Virus record (IMG/VR): IMGVR_UViG_3300020044_002247 | Span: 1 to 55,360 of that record | DNA length: 55,360 nt | Origin: a virus | Taxonomy: Duplodnaviria; Caudoviricetes | Direction: 5' to 3' (one strand) | The notes under the pieces: generated by a model | Told to the model about the DNA's origin: nothing | The model's input: the letters and a program-made list of their open reading frames with translations, nothing else | Databases searched by the model: none | Program-made: the position numbers and the translations under genes | Shown: piece by piece, positions 28,620 to 39,060 of the stretch | Numbering within the stretch: the first letter of the stretch is position 1 | Layout: every line of letters starts with the position of its first letter

Positions 28620-29236
28620 TGCGCCCCCTGATCGAACATCCATTTAATAAACCATGCAAACCCTAAAAGAATTAGCGTAATTACAAACCCACCTAAACAG
28701 TTGTAGACTATATTCATAGTCTTAGCGATAGCTCTTTTCTTACGCATCTTCTCTGCTGCTATTGCTAGTCTTGCTTCTGTTGCTGCACGTCTAGCTTCTT
28801 CTGCTTTAGCTTCACGTTCTCTACGTAATCGGCTAAGTCTTTCCCAGAACTCATCCCACATGCCACTCTCATCGAAGTGGTAGATCATGATGTGCTTGAT
28901 CTGATCGTAGTACTGCTTAATCTCTCTATCTGCTGCCATCATATCCATCACATACTCAGCGTCTGAGATGGGGTCTGCTACGGGTTCACCATTTGCTATT
29001 GCTTCGTCTTGCGCCTTCTTTGCATCTTCTAAAAGCGATCTATTTTCTTCGTACTTGCTTGCCGCCCTGAAAAACTTTTTCACTGGTGAAAGTGAATCGC
29101 CTAGTTTCTTCCCCGACTCTACACACTCGTTAATACTATCAACAGCTTCTTTGGCCTCATCGGCAGCAGACTTAACTGCGTTAACGACTAGCCGTACACC
29201 TTGTATGGCTAACCCTATTGTCATCGGGTCGATCAT
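28616..29236 (-). CDS. Coiled-coil protein with C-terminal transmembrane helix
   Basis: MIDPMTIG start, charged helix, C-terminal transmembrane segment. Confidence 0.7.
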   Translation of the reverse strand: MIDPMTIGLAIQGVRLVVNAVKSAADEAKEAVDSINECVESGKKLGDSLSPVKKFFRAASKYEENRSLLEDAKKAQDEAIANGEPVADPISDAEYVMDMMAADREIKQYYDQIKHIMIYHFDESGMWDEFWERLSRLRREREAKAEEARRAATEARLAIAAEKMRKKRAIAKTMNIVYNCLGGFVITLILLGFAWFIKWMFDQGAQ

Positions 29237-29250
29237 GATTCATCCTCATT

Positions 29251-32130
29251 TTATTGATTCAGTGGTGGGGTTATTGGCGGCACAAAATTTACAGAGCTTC
29301 CAGAAGGGTTAACACCTAAGAACCTAGACGAACCAATTGTGGCGCGTATATACCCCATGTATCCGTTACACGCACCGCCAACAAAAGTAGCACTTTGCAA
29401 TCCGCCGATACAAACATAGCTACTTGCGTTAGAGTTATTTGCAGTGGTGTTAGTAGTAGCCCCGGTCAATACCATTACACCGTTTACAAATATGCTTGTA
29501 GTACTATTATTTCTTATGATCGCAATGTGATGCCATTTGTTTACAACTAAAGGAAAAAGCGTGGATGTGATAAAAGGCGTACCGCCCGTGCCGCCAGCAA
29601 GTAAGTTTCCTGCTGTATCTGTACGGAGAAGCATGCGCCCCGCAGAATTACCGTTAAAAATATCAAACAGATAGTTAACAACGCCTAAGTTAGTTGGGTA
29701 GAACGTAAGGTCTATACAAAAATCTCCGTTGCCAAGCGAGAAATTTGGTGACATAACACTTTGCATATACCCTGTAGTCGTGCCGTCAAAATACATAGAC
29801 GGATAACCGTTATACGTAACAGCAGTGCTTGTCATACCCGTTTTTAGTGTGACTAAATTACTAAACCCACGATCATCTCGTATGGCGTAGTTACTCATGT
29901 TTAACAGTAACTTAACTGACCCCGCTGTTAAAGGATCGTTCGCAGTCAATGGCACTTGTGGCGGTGTAAAGATTACTGCGTTAATAGTGGTGCTTGCTGT
30001 TGAATACGCAGTTGGAATACCGCCTTGCACAAAACGAACGCCTGTAATAAAGCCTGTGAAAGGTAGCGTTACTGTATTAGATACACCAATCCAAAACTGA
30101 CGTGTAGCTGTACTGGTATACGCATTTGTTCCGGTTGTTGTTAACACGCCGTTAAAAAAGGTTCTATATACGCCACCAACAACAGTAATCACAACGTGAT
30201 ACCAACCACCTTGTATTAAGGTGCCGATAGTTTTAGTAGTGCCATCCGAAGTTGTGATTTGATTAGTAGTGTTTACAACAAGTGCCCAACGTGTGTCGGT
30301 AGTACCGATAATTTGTTTATTAACCCCCGTTGCGCCTGTGTAATAGAAACTACACTCTAAACAGAAATCACCAGTGCCCACAGCATAGTCGGTGCTTGAT
30401 GGTGTAGTAAGGTAGTCGCCCGTACCGTCAAGCATTACTGAACCACCATTACGCCCTGCTTCTATTGGGAAAGGGTATGTAGATGTGTTAGATGGGTTAA
30501 CTGGGCGCTGGTTAATATATCTTCCCCCCGATCCCGATGCAGACATTACTACTGCTGCAACATCACTGTTATTCTTTACTACACTGCTTTGACAAGTTAA
30601 TACACGTGTTACACCTGCAGTAGCTGTTAACGGTGCTGTAGGAGGTGTGAATGTGGTTGTATAAAGTGCCGTGGTGCTATAACGGAAGTTACTTATATAC
30701 CCCCTAAAACCCGGACCCAAAATACGCGTACCAATTTGCAATACTGTTGAAGTAAATGTACGTGATGCTAAAACAAATGGTGACGGCGCAACAATTACCC
30801 CGTCTACATAAACAGTAAACGTAGTTCCAACAGCAGCAACCGCAATGTGGTACCACTTGTTTGTGTTAATCCAACCACCCAGAGTTGACAAGAAAAACTC
30901 CGACCCCGTATAGCTCATTGAAAGCTGGCCATTAGCGTAAATGTAGAAGTCGAATCCGTCCGCCGTATCTCCCGTACGAGTGTTCATTAACGTTGTCGGG
31001 TTTTCTGCGTTTGAATCTAACTTAATAAACATCTCGTAGGTAAAGTTACCTGTACCCGCAGCGGTAACACTTGTAAGTGATAAGTAATCACCGCTATTTA
31101 GATATGTAGAATACCCTGTGTTTCTATCAATAAAGTTGTAAGGGCTAAACGATCCCTGCGCTACTTGACCAGCAGGGGTTATTGTTGCACCCAAAGCAGA
31201 ATCAATAAAAGTTTGATTGTCTGTAACGGTAGTAGTATTCGCACGTACTAGCGCCGTTGTGTTACAGAGCTGATTACTAACTAATGTATCGTTATACGCC
31301 AGATCACGTTGTACTCGTGTAGCTGCCACATCTTGTAAGGTTAAAATCCCAAGCGAGTCTGTGTGGCTATTTGAGCCACGCGTGTTATAGGGCGCGGTAC
31401 CGCCATAAGGAGAGAACTCAGAAGGACGAACAATAGTTGTGTTACCTACGGGTGTAGCAGTGAAAGGAACTGACAGTGTTGCGTTACCGTTTGAGTAGTC
31501 ATTAAGTAACGGGCCGCAGCAAGTAAGAAGCCTTGCAGAAACAATACTAGAGTTAAATTGCCGCAGTTGCATAGGTGGGTTAAACCCTGCAACAGGGTAT
31601 GCGACGGTGCCTATAACTAAACGTACATTTGATATGTACCCTGTAAACGGATTGGTTATGTTTGCATCGACACCAACACGAATAGGAATAGCAGAAGCCT
31701 CCCCCGTTAAACCGCCGTTAAAAGATGTTGAAATCGCATCTCGTTCGCCATTTACATATAAGTAAATAGTATCGGTTGCGTCTTTCTGTACGCACACGTG
31801 GTTCCAAACTCCGGGACGGATAAATGTCGACGTGCCAGTAAGCGTACTTAAACCAAAGTTAAGCGAGTTATATGCAAACTCTACTCTGTTAGTGGATGTA
31901 CGACGCAACGTAAACTGCCCTACGGTTGTGTAGTTAGTAATAATCCCTACTGTAGTAGAAACGGTTTGTGGAAATATCCATGCCTCAATACAAAATTCTT
32001 GCGTAGTAATTGTGTAATTACCCGCTGACCAAGGCGCTTCAATATACGTGCCTACAACTCCGGGAAAAATAGCAGACCATCCGGGCTGATCCCCTAACGT
32101 GTACACATTACCAATATAACGTTTTGACAT
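29251..32130 (-). CDS. Multi-LamG (concanavalin A-like) receptor-binding/fibre protein
   Basis: Four repeats of F(C/T)(I/Y/L)(E/D)...W.H...(Y/F)VNG...GYI..R. Confidence 0.8.
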   Translation of the reverse strand: MSKRYIGNVYTLGDQPGWSAIFPGVVGTYIEAPWSAGNYTITTQEFCIEAWIFPQTVSTTVGIITNYTTVGQFTLRRTSTNRVEFAYNSLNFGLSTLTGTSTFIRPGVWNHVCVQKDATDTIYLYVNGERDAISTSFNGGLTGEASAIPIRVGVDANITNPFTGYISNVRLVIGTVAYPVAGFNPPMQLRQFNSSIVSARLLTCCGPLLNDYSNGNATLSVPFTATPVGNTTIVRPSEFSPYGGTAPYNTRGSNSHTDSLGILTLQDVAATRVQRDLAYNDTLVSNQLCNTTALVRANTTTVTDNQTFIDSALGATITPAGQVAQGSFSPYNFIDRNTGYSTYLNSGDYLSLTSVTAAGTGNFTYEMFIKLDSNAENPTTLMNTRTGDTADGFDFYIYANGQLSMSYTGSEFFLSTLGGWINTNKWYHIAVAAVGTTFTVYVDGVIVAPSPFVLASRTFTSTVLQIGTRILGPGFRGYISNFRYSTTALYTTTFTPPTAPLTATAGVTRVLTCQSSVVKNNSDVAAVVMSASGSGGRYINQRPVNPSNTSTYPFPIEAGRNGGSVMLDGTGDYLTTPSSTDYAVGTGDFCLECSFYYTGATGVNKQIIGTTDTRWALVVNTTNQITTSDGTTKTIGTLIQGGWYHVVITVVGGVYRTFFNGVLTTTGTNAYTSTATRQFWIGVSNTVTLPFTGFITGVRFVQGGIPTAYSTASTTINAVIFTPPQVPLTANDPLTAGSVKLLLNMSNYAIRDDRGFSNLVTLKTGMTSTAVTYNGYPSMYFDGTTTGYMQSVMSPNFSLGNGDFCIDLTFYPTNLGVVNYLFDIFNGNSAGRMLLRTDTAGNLLAGGTGGTPFITSTLFPLVVNKWHHIAIIRNNSTTSIFVNGVMVLTGATTNTTANNSNASSYVCIGGLQSATFVGGACNGYMGYIRATIGSSRFLGVNPSGSSVNFVPPITPPLNQ

Positions 32131-32132
32131 AG

Positions 32133-34283
32133 TTATTGCCTTGTAAAACCAACGGGCGGTGGAGTAAATGTTCTTCTATAACGTGCGATTTTTGAAACGC
32201 GTACATCTTCAATATACACATTAGCAAAGCCCGTATTATCTCGCTGCGCACCGATATAAACCCCTGTTGTACTTGGGCTATCAAAGTTAGATACCGCTAC
32301 AGACGATACCCCTGACAAAACCCCATTTACATATATTGCAAGTCCATACGGCGCTACTGAAGTTCGCACAACGGCAACGTGTGTGTATGTATTAAGACGG
32401 ATTGGCTGTGATGAAGCAGTTATTGTTGTGGCGGTATAGGTAAAAGTGAACTGATTTGTAGCGTTTATAGCTAAACTCCAACCTAAACTGGTGGTTGAGC
32501 CGTACGACACTAAACCGTATGCAGTATTCGGTGTTTTTAAATACACCCACGCTTCAATCGTAAATTCGCCTGTATTAAAACGTAGCGTATCCATCTGAGC
32601 ACTGGGGGTAGTACCCCAAAGTGATGATGTGCCTATTAAATTAGCAGCTCCCGTACCATACTTAATAAATTGTGTTGCAACGGTTGTTGATGGGAATAGT
32701 GTGCCTAATGCGGTAAAAGCTACACCGTGCGCAGAGTTCATTAAACCACCACGCTGCCCAACAATACCGCCACGTAACAAAAATGTTGTGTTAGGCACCG
32801 CTGATAACGGTTCAGTAGGTATTGATGCTGGAGTGCTGTACGCTATAGCAGTACCTTTAATAACACGCACGTTTGAAATTAAACACGCCGATATGTAATC
32901 AGAGTTGGCTACGTTACTTGACCCAATAGTCATTGCTGATGCAGAGTCAGGAATACTACCTGCTAATGTTACAGGTGTTCCTGTTGATGCTCCGTTAATA
33001 TACAGCGTCCACGTAGTACCGCTTCGCACAAACGCAATATGGTTCCATGCTAAAACTTGAATAGCATTAGCAGCAGAAGTAATAGTTACGCCATAAGTTG
33101 TTCCGTTAACTGTAGCAGTGGCAGTAACTGCGTTAGATGAAGCTACTAAATTGGTTCCAGCAAACTGTGCAGTGGTTGCACGTTTACCTAACAAGCCGCC
33201 TGTAAGTGTTGTGTATGGGAACACAAACATCTCGATTGTAAAATCGGATGCACTCATATCGATTGCCGCATTGTCCGCTGCACTTATAGACGCACCACCA
33301 CTATGGTAAAAGCTACCTGTATCAAACATTGAATAGTCACAACGAAACGGTGTAACTGGGGCGCAGTAAGGTATCCCATTATTTTGCGCAACTGTTGCGT
33401 TAGTAGCTGAATAATCGCGTAGTATGCCTGTAGAAAGCACCATCAATGTAGTGTTGCCATCTGTAGTAAGTGGCGCTGTCGGCATTGTGTACGCACGAAC
33501 AGAATTAGACACTCGCACATTAAATGCGCTGTAGTTTGCCGTTGTACCTATGTCTGACCCTGTTGAATAAATACCTACAGTAGTAGGGGCGGTTAGTGTA
33601 ACAGTGCCCGATACAGTTTCTGCCTGTCCATTAACACCTATGCTAAGTGCGCCTGACGCTGATCTAAACTGTAAAAACACCCACTGATTTAATGGAATAA
33701 CTGAACTTCCAACAATACTTTTATCTGCGCCGTCGTTCCAGTAAAATGTTGCTTTGCCTGATTGATTTACCCCTGCTTCCCAATACCTACTTACTGTAGC
33801 CGCTGTATTTTTTAACAGTGTGTAATACGAAACGCTAGTAGTAGGGTACGCATATAAATACACCCAACCTTCAATTGTGAAAGTTGAAGTTGCCCCGATC
33901 GTAAACCCAATGCTGCTATAGGTACAGTTTGCCACACCTTGAAAATACATCGAATACCCTTCAGCACTAAACGGGCTGATGGCATTCTGTTGAAATTTAT
34001 TAGTGGCGGTGTTTTGGTTTATTGTACAAGTAATACCCGTTGCGCTTGTATCGAAAACCGTACCGTTAAAAGAAGCGTTAGCCGCATTGTCTGATTGCAG
34101 TTGCAAAACAGTTTCAGTAAACGCATTCTGTCCTATCCACTCGCTTGCGGCGAGTGATTGCCCTGCAGATGCAAGAGAATATATCCCGTTAGTCTGCGCA
34201 ATGGTTCCGGTTGTACTAACAACGTTAGCTGCTAACGGATCGGTTGAAGGGGCGTTAAATCCGCCTATCTGCCTTAAGGCCAT
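32133..34283 (-). CDS. Multi-LamG receptor-binding/fibre protein
   Basis: Three FTIE...W/Y.H...Y(I/V)NG repeats. Confidence 0.8.
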   Translation of the reverse strand: MALRQIGGFNAPSTDPLAANVVSTTGTIAQTNGIYSLASAGQSLAASEWIGQNAFTETVLQLQSDNAANASFNGTVFDTSATGITCTINQNTATNKFQQNAISPFSAEGYSMYFQGVANCTYSSIGFTIGATSTFTIEGWVYLYAYPTTSVSYYTLLKNTAATVSRYWEAGVNQSGKATFYWNDGADKSIVGSSVIPLNQWVFLQFRSASGALSIGVNGQAETVSGTVTLTAPTTVGIYSTGSDIGTTANYSAFNVRVSNSVRAYTMPTAPLTTDGNTTLMVLSTGILRDYSATNATVAQNNGIPYCAPVTPFRCDYSMFDTGSFYHSGGASISAADNAAIDMSASDFTIEMFVFPYTTLTGGLLGKRATTAQFAGTNLVASSNAVTATATVNGTTYGVTITSAANAIQVLAWNHIAFVRSGTTWTLYINGASTGTPVTLAGSIPDSASAMTIGSSNVANSDYISACLISNVRVIKGTAIAYSTPASIPTEPLSAVPNTTFLLRGGIVGQRGGLMNSAHGVAFTALGTLFPSTTVATQFIKYGTGAANLIGTSSLWGTTPSAQMDTLRFNTGEFTIEAWVYLKTPNTAYGLVSYGSTTSLGWSLAINATNQFTFTYTATTITASSQPIRLNTYTHVAVVRTSVAPYGLAIYVNGVLSGVSSVAVSNFDSPSTTGVYIGAQRDNTGFANVYIEDVRVSKIARYRRTFTPPPVGFTRQ

Positions 34284-34294
34284 CTAACCACCTA

Positions 34295-34696
34295 TTAGGT
34301 TAAGACATCAAAAGAAGCAACAATGTGTAATGCACTTGCAGTACCAACAATAACGCCTAACGATTGATTCTCAGTTATGTAGAATGCAGACGTTTTATCT
34401 ACAACAACAAGTGTCGCACCTGCTGGCACACTGATCTGATAAGCAATGTAGTAAGCAGTACCAGAGGCATACGTGCCGTTGTTTGATATAGCAACAGAGA
34501 TTGTCGCAGCACTTGCTGTAACGTTCGACACCATGATGGAGTTAACTTTGTTAACAGAATTTGTTGCAGGCTTTAAACCTGTCAACGATGTTGTGCCATC
34601 ATACGTCCATGCAGTGCTTACTGCGGTTGAGGAAGGTATAACGTATGCAGTTTGCCCACGAATCGTACCTACGTTTACTAGATTTGGATTTGCCAT
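34295..34696 (-). CDS. Virion structural protein
   Basis: MANPNLVNV start, beta-rich, located in the fibre cluster. Confidence 0.65.
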   Translation of the reverse strand: MANPNLVNVGTIRGQTAYVIPSSTAVSTAWTYDGTTSLTGLKPATNSVNKVNSIMVSNVTASAATISVAISNNGTYASGTAYYIAYQISVPAGATLVVVDKTSAFYITENQSLGVIVGTASALHIVASFDVLT

Positions 34697-34705
34697 GTTT
34701 GCCTC

Positions 34706-35053
34706 TTACAGATTAAATACAGATTGGTATACAAGCTGTCTTGCTTGATGTACTGCGCGTTCTGCTGGGTATGTAATAAATACATCCTGCACACCAGAAG
34801 AAAAGTTTACGATTGCGTTGGCGTTGCTTGACTCAAAAATTTCGGTTCGAGTAAGTGTGTTTAATGCTGAGTACGTGCCCAAACCTACTTCCCAGTTAGC
34901 GCCTGTTTGATCTGCAATTGTGTAGTAGCAAGTGTCTCCTACAGCCATTGCTGTAGCAAATGTTTCATAGCCTGTTACAGCCGTTAATGGGACGGTGCTG
35001 GTTCCCGGTGCATTGGTTGTCGCTTTTACACGATCTGCTGTAATTAAAGCCAT
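34706..35053 (-). CDS. Virion structural protein (fibre base)
   Basis: ADRVK...WEVGLGT...LTR...VFITYPA pattern of phage fibre N-termini. Confidence 0.65.
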   Translation of the reverse strand: MALITADRVKATTNAPGTSTVPLTAVTGYETFATAMAVGDTCYYTIADQTGANWEVGLGTYSALNTLTRTEIFESSNANAIVNFSSGVQDVFITYPAERAVHQARQLVYQSVFNL

Positions 35054-35065
35054 ATCCCACCTATA

Positions 35066-36901
35066 TTAGTTTGATACTGTATCAATCGGTTCCCATCCAC
35101 CAGACGGGTACGTTTCGTCGGAAGGTAGGCTACCCCAACCACCGGAAGGCGTAGTACCGCCTCCTTCTGGGCTGCCCCAATCTCCGTTTGGTGTTGTGCC
35201 TGTTGGTCCCCACAGCCCTGCGGCAAAACTTTCATCAGCTACCGTTATGCCTTCAAGTATATTATTAAACAGTGTTGTAGTTAGCTCATACTGATCTAAC
35301 ACGTCTACTGTTTCATCAAGATTTGCGTAGTAGTCTACTAAGCCTACGGACGCGCCTGCTGCAGTTAGCTGTTCTTGTACATAGTAGTTAACTGCATAAT
35401 CTGTAGCAACTTCATCTTCGCACAACAAAAACTGAAGAACTAACACAGTAACTAAACGGTCTATTGCTTGAGCATCACTAAACGCTGCCGATTCCGATAA
35501 ATCCGTAATTATGGTAGCTACTGCTGTTTGCTCACTGCTAGCATCTAAGTTTTCGCTAATATCGGTTACAAAACCTGTCAGAACGGTTTGTGCGGCGGCG
35601 GAGGATGCCGTTTCATCTACGCGTACTCGATACGAAAAGATGCCGTCGCTTTCCGCAGCAAAACTCATTGATTCTGAAACATCAAACAGCAAATTAACTA
35701 TTGTGTTCTGCGCGGCTGCTCCGCTTATAGCCGCAAGCAGCTCTGCCGCAAATATAACGGTTGTTGTTTGTTCCGCACTTGTTTCTATAGACTCCGTAAT
35801 ATCTGCGGGGTATAAACCAAGCGCTGTTTGTGAATCGGCAGCCTGTATTTCTTCCTCAATGCTGCCCGGTAAAATACCAATTACTGTTTGCGAAGCAGCC
35901 GCTTGTACCGCTTCGGCAATATCAACAAGCATATTTGCTATTGAGTCTGCCACGCCTGCAAGCTCAACGTTCTCTGCTATATCCGTTACAAACGTAACAA
36001 TCGTTGTTTGTTCAGCACTTGCTTGTACAGCTTCCGAAATGCTGGACACAAATACAACAATACTAGCTTGAGCAGCTTCCGCTTGTATTTCTTCCTCTAT
36101 GTCCGCAGGCAATACCGCAAGAGCCGTAACTTCATCGTCACCGCTAATGGTTTCGCTAATCTGCTGCGTGTTTTGAAAAATAACGTCTGTTTCTTCAAAG
36201 AATTCAGCTTCTTCTGTGACTGATACAACGAAGTCTGCCGTGTTTGTAACAGCGTCGCTTGCGATTGCGGATTCTGAAACGAAGTTAAGTAAGACAACAA
36301 TGTTGGTCTGCTCTTCGCTAAACTCTGCAGATTCGTCTTGGTTTAGGAATAACGCGTCGCCGCTTAAGTATGCGTCTGCAAACGTTGCCTCTTCATCAAC
36401 AGCAGCTGCAAAATCAGCGGTGGTTGTTTGGGCAGCGGAAAAACTTGCTGTGTCATCAACGGCTGCAACAAAATCAACCGTTACTGTTTGTGCGCTAGCT
36501 GTGCTAGCTGATTCGGAAACCGCCGCAGTAGTTTCTGTTATTTGTGTTTGTTCGGAAGAAAACAGCCCCGTTTCGCTAACGGTTGGAACAAAGACAGCGG
36601 ATATTGCTTGTTCGTTTGAGAAATCTGCTGCGTCGTCAACTGCCACTGCAAAATTAGCAGTGGTTGTTTGTGCGTTTGAGAAACTTGCTGTGGCATCAAC
36701 GGTTGCAACAAAATCGACCGTTACTGTTTGTGCGTTAGCTGCGCTAGCTGATTCACTAAGGGCTACGCCACCAATCGTGTCTTGGTCTTGTGCGGCGGAG
36801 ACGGTGATTGCTTCATCTACATCTTCGAAGGATGTGGTTCCTCCGCCTGAACTCGGTAGTGTCGAGTAGGCTACCTGAGAATAGGCGGAGAATCCGTACA
36901 T
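35066..36901 (-). CDS. Acidic 20-aa-repeat protein
   Basis: 611 aa; about 26 degenerate 20-residue repeats; no Lys or His. Confidence 0.75.
   Translation of the reverse strand: MYGFSAYSQVAYSTLPSSGGGTTSFEDVDEAITVSAAQDQDTIGGVALSESASAANAQTVTVDFVATVDATASFSNAQTTTANFAVAVDDAADFSNEQAISAVFVPTVSETGLFSSEQTQITETTAAVSESASTASAQTVTVDFVAAVDDTASFSAAQTTTADFAAAVDEEATFADAYLSGDALFLNQDESAEFSEEQTNIVVLLNFVSESAIASDAVTNTADFVVSVTEEAEFFEETDVIFQNTQQISETISGDDEVTALAVLPADIEEEIQAEAAQASIVVFVSSISEAVQASAEQTTIVTFVTDIAENVELAGVADSIANMLVDIAEAVQAAASQTVIGILPGSIEEEIQAADSQTALGLYPADITESIETSAEQTTTVIFAAELLAAISGAAAQNTIVNLLFDVSESMSFAAESDGIFSYRVRVDETASSAAAQTVLTGFVTDISENLDASSEQTAVATIITDLSESAAFSDAQAIDRLVTVLVLQFLLCEDEVATDYAVNYYVQEQLTAAGASVGLVDYYANLDETVDVLDQYELTTTLFNNILEGITVADESFAAGLWGPTGTTPNGDWGSPEGGGTTPSGGWGSLPSDETYPSGGWEPIDTVSN
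36421..36754. repeat. Internal duplication at 240-bp offset
   Basis: 36421-36514 is highly similar to 36661-36754. Confidence 0.85.
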
Positions 36902-36915
36902 TCACTCTTTACCTT

Positions 36916-37095
36916 TTAGGCGGCTGTTAACACATCTTCGTCAAACCAACGAGTTTGTTCAACACCGTTAACATCTTCCCAAGTAATCAAGTAACGCACC
37001 ACACCATCTTCATTCATAGCAAGGGCTTGTACAGGACCGTTTGGCAATACGCTGTTTACAATAACGTTATCGCCTTTTTTAAATTTAGTAGCCAT
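36916..37095 (-). CDS. 59-aa YodC/DUF2158-like protein (absent from the ORF track)
   Basis: MATKFKKGDNV...GP...W...RWFDEDVL; RBS GGAG; fills the gap exactly. Confidence 0.7.
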   Translation of the reverse strand: MATKFKKGDNVIVNSVLPNGPVQALAMNEDGVVRYLITWEDVNGVEQTRWFDEDVLTAA

Positions 37096-37107
37096 TTGTT
37101 TTCTCCA

Positions 37108-37698
37108 TTAAGCCGCAGTAGCGGTGAATGTGTAAGTAACGTTAACCGTATCGCCGTTGGCAACACCCTTGTTACCGCCTGTGAAGTTACCTTCAGAGAA
37201 CAAAATGTCGGTTGTTAACGATGTGGACGAAGCGTTACATAAGAATGCACCCGCAACAGTAGCAGTACCAGTAATGTTAAACACTGACGGCGATGCAGAA
37301 TTGGAAATAACCGAAAGTCCGGTGGCTAATGACGCTGCGCCCCACGTAACTAATTTTCTAGCACCGGAATAAATAGCACCGGAGCCAGCCAGCTCTGTCC
37401 AACCACCGTGTGAGTTAAGTGTGTCGCCAGCAGCATAAGACGGGGTTGATGCGCCGTTAATTAGTCCAAGATACCAGCTAGGGCTGTAGCCAGAACCGTC
37501 AAAGAAATTATCGTTAAGGTACTGTAGACCAACGTTAACAACTAAGTTATGAAATTTATCTTCCCACTTAAGATTACCGTCTTTGTCAAAACAAGTTAAA
37601 GTGAAAACACCACCAAAGCCGCTTTGCTCCATGTCTTGCGCAGTTTTGCCTACGCCAGCTTGGATTGATTCGGCCATCGAAGATTTTGCGATAGGCAT
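37108..37698 (-). CDS. Virion structural protein (fibre/filament subunit)
   Basis: NLVVNVG...GAFL...GDTVNVTY beta-rich pattern; RBS AAGGAG. Confidence 0.65.
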   Translation of the reverse strand: MPIAKSSMAESIQAGVGKTAQDMEQSGFGGVFTLTCFDKDGNLKWEDKFHNLVVNVGLQYLNDNFFDGSGYSPSWYLGLINGASTPSYAAGDTLNSHGGWTELAGSGAIYSGARKLVTWGAASLATGLSVISNSASPSVFNITGTATVAGAFLCNASSTSLTTDILFSEGNFTGGNKGVANGDTVNVTYTFTATAA

Positions 37699-37707
37699 GA
37701 TTGCTCC

Positions 37708-38127
37708 TTAAGAAAAACGAAGTAAAGCCGTTGACGCTGAATTAACAGGCATCGTAACGGTAAAAGTAGTACTGCAAGTTTTGTCTGAACCGAAATCCAG
37801 TACAGCCACAGAAGCATTGCTCCGTGTTGTGTTGTATATGAGTGCTCCACGAGCCGTAAATGTTGCCGGGTCCCATACTACATTATCGAAGTTCACATAT
37901 ACAACACCGTCTGCCGACGTGCCAATAGTCACGCCAGTAATTAGTTGACCGCCGGGCGTGTATCCAGTGCCCGCAATCTCGTTAGTTGGATCGTATGCCG
38001 TTGTGTTTGGTCCTAGCGTAGCGAACCCGTCGTACAACGCCATATACAGCGCATCAGTGGACAGGTCTTGTCCTGCCACTAGCATTTGCTGTTTAAAACT
38101 CGTCGTTAATGTTTGCTGCAACGCCAT
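37708..38127 (-). CDS. Virion structural protein
   Basis: TSFK...ALY...GYTPGG...ARGALIYN...VLDFG pattern. Confidence 0.65.
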   Translation of the reverse strand: MALQQTLTTSFKQQMLVAGQDLSTDALYMALYDGFATLGPNTTAYDPTNEIAGTGYTPGGQLITGVTIGTSADGVVYVNFDNVVWDPATFTARGALIYNTTRSNASVAVLDFGSDKTCSTTFTVTMPVNSASTALLRFS

Positions 38128-39050
38128 TACGAAGTCACTTTCATTTTATATTGACCATCGCGATACGCATCGCCACGTTCTAAGCCATCGCCCAGACGTT
38201 TCAACTGTTTGATGCCTTCATCATATTTCTGCTGGTAGAAAGCCATTACGTCTTGCTCACCCTTCATGAATCCGTACGCTTCAACTAAGCATGCGTACAA
38301 AAGTACCTGCTCGTAATTGTCGCCTAACCATGAAGTTCCGGTGGAATTATTTATCGTTTGCACGGTCGCTGTAAAGCCCACACCACCACCTAAGCGCACG
38401 TCGTTTAATGTCAGCGAATCGCCAACCACGTATAACGAACCACCATTTTCTAATGTGACAGAAGTGATACCACCGTTTGCTACCACTATTGTAGCGGTAG
38501 CCGAGGCACCAGAGCCGCCTACTAAAGCAACGTTGTAAAACACACCGTTGGTGTAGTTAACGCCCGAATTTGAAATCGATGCAAAAGTAATTACGCCTGA
38601 TACGATTGACGCAGGGTAATAGTAATAGTGCACTTCAAGCTGGTAGTCCGAATCAGGAGTAGGCGCAAACATGTACGCCAAACCATTAGTCAGTTGCCCT
38701 GATGCAACAACGGGACCGAACAATGCGTAGTACTTTGGTTCGCCTAAATCTGTTGGATCAGGATAACCTGACCGCAAAAAGTTCACGTCTTTATCTAGTA
38801 GATACTCGTAGCTGCCGTCAGGTCTGATTAGCGCAAGTGAGTACGTAGAAAGAAAGTCCTCTGGCGTAGTTAAGTACTGTCCGCCCGAAGTTAAGCGGCC
38901 AATTAAGCTTTTACGCAAATAAGCAAGCTGCACAGAATTGTAGATGCGACGTTCCGCCTCCCGCACAAACGTGGGGATATTGCTGTTAAAGTCATCGCCG
39001 TAGTTCTGAACGTAACTTTGTATCGCAACGTACAATTGTGCGTAGTTCAC
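38127..39050 (-). CDS. Head-tail adaptor / tubular protein A-like with inserted beta domain
   Basis: AERRI...PKYY...PTPD..Y...LLYACLVEA. Confidence 0.6.
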   Translation of the reverse strand: MNYAQLYVAIQSYVQNYGDDFNSNIPTFVREAERRIYNSVQLAYLRKSLIGRLTSGGQYLTTPEDFLSTYSLALIRPDGSYEYLLDKDVNFLRSGYPDPTDLGEPKYYALFGPVVASGQLTNGLAYMFAPTPDSDYQLEVHYYYYPASIVSGVITFASISNSGVNYTNGVFYNVALVGGSGASATATIVVANGGITSVTLENGGSLYVVGDSLTLNDVRLGGGVGFTATVQTINNSTGTSWLGDNYEQVLLYACLVEAYGFMKGEQDVMAFYQQKYDEGIKQLKRLGDGLERGDAYRDGQYKMKVTS

Positions 39051-39060
39051 GGATTACTCC

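Noticed and set aside
24967-34283. Diversity-generating retroelement or invertible fibre cassette
   Set aside because: No reverse transcriptase, invertase or adenine-specific TR/VR pair seen.
35511-36869. Long + strand ORFs (186 and 217 aa) opposite the repeat protein, and the many other antisense ORFs in the track
   Set aside because: Shadow frames produced by codon bias of the real genes; no RBS or recognisable motifs.
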